Below, one piece after another: positions 59,539-64,000 of a stretch of 64,000 bases of DNA; position 1 is the first letter of the stretch; each line of letters starts with the position of its first letter. The position numbers were made by a program, and so were the translations under genes. The stretch comes from Lepidodermella squamata (Eukaryota; Animalia; Gastrotricha), in NCBI GenBank assembly GCA_047495785.1, contig JBLDXI010000026.1, forward strand, positions 248,001-312,000. The letters are read 5' to 3'. The notes under the pieces are model-generated. The model saw only the letters and a program-made list of their open reading frames with translations. It did not search any database and had not been told where the DNA came from.

Positions 59539-59870
59539 ATGAAGACTCACATTATTGCCCTTTCCTTGGCTATGATTCTGGTTAGTCTTTGTCTTACAAC
59601 GGCCACTAATTATCCAGACTCTAAGTTGCGAGGCAGACGGTCTAAAGATACGTGGACAAGTGTGTTAATGCAGTGTCGATAATCATTCATGTCCTCAATT
59701 TGATTTTTCAATTAACAGGAGCAATATTGGACGTTCTAAGAGGTGGCAGTGTAGCTGCTGTTAGGAAGCCTGCGGCAGATAATAAGCATCGCGTCGTGTC
59801 TTATGTCAACTCACGGAAACCCGGCGCGGTCGAATATTCCTCGGTTATCTCGTCTAATTGGAGAGACTAA
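59539..59870 (+). CDS. Small secreted peptide precursor 2 (SKDTW...SNWRD family), 2 exons
   Basis: Signal peptide; RGRRSKDTW; ends SNWRD*. Confidence 0.65.
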
Positions 59871-60042
59871 TTTTGATGCGTTTGGATTAAATGATTCAAT
59901 AAAAGGTTTCTCATTAAATTAACGAAATGCGGGGTTTGTCACTCTAATTGACATCGAGGTTAACGGAATTCAACCAGATACGCACTAATTGATCGTCATA
60001 TTGACACCCTAAGCGCACAGGGCGGTTACTTTCGTTATCACT

Positions 60043-60548
60043 ATGGAATTAAAAATACTTACAATGATCTCTCTGATTTTACTTTCATTGGGTATTGCGG
60101 CTACCTCTGAAAGCACCAAGTTTGATCCAGCTGACGCTCTCAGAGCCTACAATCCTATTCATAAAATTCGAAGCCCTGTGCAGAGATCAACACCTCGACC
60201 AGCTAAGATTTCAGATGATACCGCTGAGAACGCTCGAAGGCTTAATGAAATAGCTGAAGTCTTATTCTTCAATCCTGCTTTGATGGACTCTGAAGAGGTC
60301 AAGACTAAAGGTTTGAAATTTGAAATTTTCGTTCATGTTTTTATGAGGTTTTTTTAGCAGTGAGCACAGCATCGCGGCTTGCAGGCCAGACAATCAATCC
60401 GCTTCACAGAATCCTTGGCAACGCTTTGAAGTATCGGATCAGCTACTGGGAGGAGAAAGCGAAGAATGTCAGTTCAACGAGAAATCCGTTGCATAAATTG
60501 CATAATAAGCCCACAAGGAAACTGTTCAAGTTTTGGAAAGTAGCATAA
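60043..60548 (+). CDS. Secreted protein with three NP(I/L)H(K/R) motifs, 2 exons
   Basis: Signal peptide MELKILTMISLILLSLGIAA; GT..AG intron at ~60311-60359. Confidence 0.55.
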
Positions 60549-60769
60549 AGCTTTTCCTTTGAACACGCAATGAGCTCGAATAAAGTTGAATGCAGGTTAA
60601 CATCGTTCAACCTTTAAATAATCAGTCCAACTTGGGAAAATGTCCAAGTTTGAAACCGCTTATGGCAGTTTTACTTCAGTGACGCTGACCATATGCTGCT
60701 CAATTTTTAGATCGCCTTCACCTCGTTTCTTGCTTGCTTTGAATCTTAGCCTTTCTGCAGACACTATTA

Positions 60770-60964
60770 CCGTATTACTGCGCTTTGAGTGTCATGCCAC
60801 TATAGCTCGTTTTACAGTGGCATGTCACTATGCCCCGTTAATAGTGACATGCCAGATTAAATTTCAATGCAAAACATTAGGTGCCACTATTATAATCGAC
60901 GTAATTGGGAAGGGGTAAAAACCATGTTTCACTTTATAGTGGCATGACACGCGCGGTAATACGC
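60770..60964. mobile_element. Small palindromic MITE
   Basis: Imperfect TIR CCGTATTACTGCG..GTGTCATGCCACTATA / TATAGTGGCATGACAC..CGCGGTAATACG flanked by TA. Confidence 0.55.
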
Positions 60965-61596
60965 TATGCTTTTTCTATAATCATAATGAAGAAAGAAAGT
61001 TTGGAAATGAAATTTCCATTCAATTGGTTTTCAATACTCAATACTGTTATAGTTAGGCGGTGGAGGCCCTATAAGGAGAAAGCATAATGAGTAATCCTTA
61101 CTCGGCAACCAAAGTTGCAAAGTTGATGCAAATGTTTCGGGTACATTAATTCAGTTCATTGCGGCGCATCTAGCACTGATGCCAATCGACAATCGACACC
61201 AAAATCCTAACTTAGCTTAGCTTAGGTTAACCTGATCTCTACGCTAAGGTCTATCAAAAGCGCGTGATAAAAGATAAAAGTGCACCGATCGGCAAATATA
61301 TTCTGACAAAATATGACCGCAAAGTAAGGTATGTATGGGCGGCTTGACATTTCGTGCTCGTGTTCGTGAAACATGATACTTACTTGATCCAATTGGACAT
61401 CGGAGCACCCCAATCATGGACATGAGAGTAAAGGGGCAAGAAATGCGGCGTCTTGTGGTGAATTTATATGCTTATATTCAACCCACTGTCACATATTTTC
61501 TAACGCTGAACGTTGAGTTTGTTCTTTCCAATCTAGACACTTCATACTAGAGGAAAGGTTTCCATTTTCAAGGAATGCAAAGTGCCGGTGAGATTA

Positions 61597-62929
61597 GACT
61601 CTGTAAGGTTTGCTCTGGCGTGGTTACCAAGCGAAGAGACTACCATCCCAAAGTATGCGAAGCCTGTCAGGTCAGTATAAACATTATTTCATACATTCCC
61701 TATCAAGAAATCGGTTTTTTAGAAATTTTTCAGGCGATATTGTAGGCGAAATGACAACTTACCGTGCTCTGGCGGGGTTAGATCCTGCATCGTGAAGGTT
61801 CCTACTCGCCACAGCTGCTTAAGGTGTAGAATGGATAAATGCATTAAAGCTGGTCTGAAAAGTAAGCCCAGCCTATAATATTTCCAAATTGATTATGCTA
61901 TTTTGAATTATAGGTCGATCTTTGATTGCCTCAGATAACATAGTGAAGTCGGCTCAGCGAATCACAGTCTCAAGAGACTCGACCGGTTCTGGATCTAGTT
62001 CAGTCTCTCGCCAAGAGCGACCAATGGAGAATGTATCATTGATCATGCGCGACCCGGTCTCATACGATGGAATTGCGATCGAAGAGTCTGTTCAGGCAGT
62101 AATCTCTGCTTACATCACACTTCAAGCTTTCAATAATGTGAGACTTGAGGAGACTTGTTAATGTCAAAAAATCTATGTTGTCCTGTTCAGAGTCCAGCTA
62201 CAACTAACGGTCTTGATGTTGATTTGAGTCAAGAAGCATGTATCGCCAAGATGTCTGAACACTTTTATATAAGCTATGCTATATCAGCTTCATACGGAAA
62301 AGAAGTTGCAAGTAAGTCTTAATCCGATATTAATTCCCATAATTCAATCATATTGTATAGACCACGTAGAGATGACGGAGGAACAATTATCGATGCTTGT
62401 TTGTTCTTTTGCTGGAGTACTTTGGCCTATTTATTCGGCGATGTCTGGGGGAAACAATCAGCTTTTTGGTACAAATCTTACTCATAGCAGGATGCTAGTG
62501 ACTCACTTCCCAGAGATTCGGGTAAGGAGTGACAACTAATTTAGCGCTATTTTTAGCTCTTCTCCTCTTGTAATTGGACCTCTAGGAAGGAATGGAGATG
62601 CAGGAAAAGTTATGCGAACAGATACTCATATGGCAACCTACACATCTCGAATTAGCTCTCCTTTTCGGATTGCTTTTCTTTGACGGTAAGTGCGTTTCTC
62701 AAGTCTCACAGCATTATATTGATGCCGAATTCCAGAGAAAACGCTGACGATACCTAAACTTGCTCGAATGCGTAGGCGCTTGTGGTTAGCACTCAACATT
62801 TTCCTATCGAGTACAACTTATGCGAGCGAATTCCGTAGACAATATTTCGAGCAATGTCTGCGGATGGCAGGCATCATTAACGAAAGCCTCGGCGGCTGCC
62901 TGAGTAAATTCCTCAGCCGGAAGCAGTAA
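61597..62929 (+). CDS. Orphan nuclear receptor paralog (multi-exon), P-box CEACQ; upstream exons uncertain
   Basis: LCKVC...RRDYHPKVCEACQ|KFFRR..C..C...SCLRCRMDKC; shares KLARxRRRLWLALN with the NR at 50763. Confidence 0.78.
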
Positions 62930-63608
62930 AAGTTTACACCTGTCGCCTGACATTTTATCACCATAGCGATAGTGATGCCCAAAGGATTTAACATTTAATA
63001 TCCGATTACCATATTTACAGCCTATTTTTAACTTTTACAAACCATATAACTATCAAGCACCATTAATCCAGTAATCTCAGTAATCCGATTTTTCTCAGCT
63101 TTATTTTTAATTTTAAATTGGGAAAAATGAGACTTTGATTCTTTCGCAGAACTCTTCGTGATTGTGATTTTAGTATTGCGTGCTATTATTTTCTAGAGAC
63201 ATCATAGACATAAGGTTGAACTTTAAATAAATTTGAAATGGAAATTTTTTGTACGGCGAACCACAGTGACAAAGGTGATTTGAAATGCCGCACATTGATT
63301 AACTCGAAATGATGAAAGCCATGTTGTTATTTGTTATTAATAATTTTTTTTTAATTGTTTAATGTTGTCTATCACAATATGTAATCAGGATTTCGGACAC
63401 AGTGGAGTATAGCGCAAGGTTTGACTGTGAAATTCCGCAGAATTGTTGAACATCTTTGACTTCTAAGTTAACTTCTAAGGCCAGAGTTGATAATCTAGGC
63501 TTCTATTTACTCTATGATATTTACAGAACTCTTCACCTTCACCATACAGCAGAATAACCATGTATAAGCATGTATTAGCAGAATAAAGATTATTTTCTCG
63601 TTCCGGTA

Positions 63609-64000
63609 TTATTTCCTCCAACAATTTTCCTCATCCTTGCCGTTACTGCAGTCATTGTAGCCAGTGCACGGAGCAAAAGAGGAGACACATTCGCCGTTTC
63701 CACAGTCGAACTCTAAAGACGGATTGCACGGGCGGTTGGGGCACATTTTCGGGTCCTCATCAGCATTATCAGCCGGGCAGTCGACCTGGCCATCGCACAG
63801 GGCATAGTAAGAAACGCACTTCTTATCAGCCTTGCAGTGCCACAGGTAGTTATCACTGCATTGCTGTTCACTGCAGTTCTTCTCATCAGAGCCGTTGGCG
63901 CAATCGGCGTTTCCGTCGCACCTTTGCCAATCATAAGCGCACTTTCCATCGCCGCAGTTGAACTGACCCTCGGGGCATTTGCGAGTGGCACAGCCCTTCT
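63609..64000 (-). CDS. 3' end of an LDL-receptor class A repeat protein (partial, runs off the window)
   Basis: Repeats such as CPEGQFNCGDGKC...RCDGNADCANGSDE and FDCGNGEC...DCSNGKDEENC, in a frame not shown in the ORF track. Confidence 0.88.
   Translation of the reverse strand, partial: KGCATRKCPEGQFNCGDGKCAYDWQRCDGNADCANGSDEKNCSEQQCSDNYLWHCKADKKCVSYYALCDGQVDCPADNADEDPKMCPNRPCNPSLEFDCGNGECVSSFAPCTGYNDCSNGKDEENCWRK

Overview
Eukaryotic (invertebrate metazoan) genomic DNA with compact ~50-nt GT-AG introns. The dominant feature is an apparently intact ~22-kb Maverick/Polinton endogenous virus (17608-39681) with ~87-bp TIRs starting AGGAGG and no recognisable TSD, sitting at the 3' end of an ankyrin-repeat gene. 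It has the full core set: group-2 pPolB with vOTU and VSR-like insert, integrase, adenain-like protease, packaging ATPase, major and minor capsids, and small core proteins. Unusually, it is full of host-type spliceosomal introns: 9 in pPolB, some splitting catalytic motifs, plus one each in the ATPase, minor capsid and core protein. It also carries a large cargo: a RING/TRAF-finger E3, five tandem UBL3/MUB-like ubiquitin-fold genes, an MPPED-like phosphoesterase, a PC4-like protein, and a CDK-like kinase/TBP-like/degenerate SF2-domain cassette. The host flanks contain a serine-protease homologue, three intronless GABA-B-like class C GPCRs interleaved with two secreted repetitive peptide precursors, several MITEs, further orphan secreted peptides, an AMPA-like iGluR with a genomically encoded R at the Q/R site, two atypical nuclear receptors, three CAP genes, an adducin-like gene and a partial LDLa-repeat gene. 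All family calls come from motif recognition by eye; no database searches were run.
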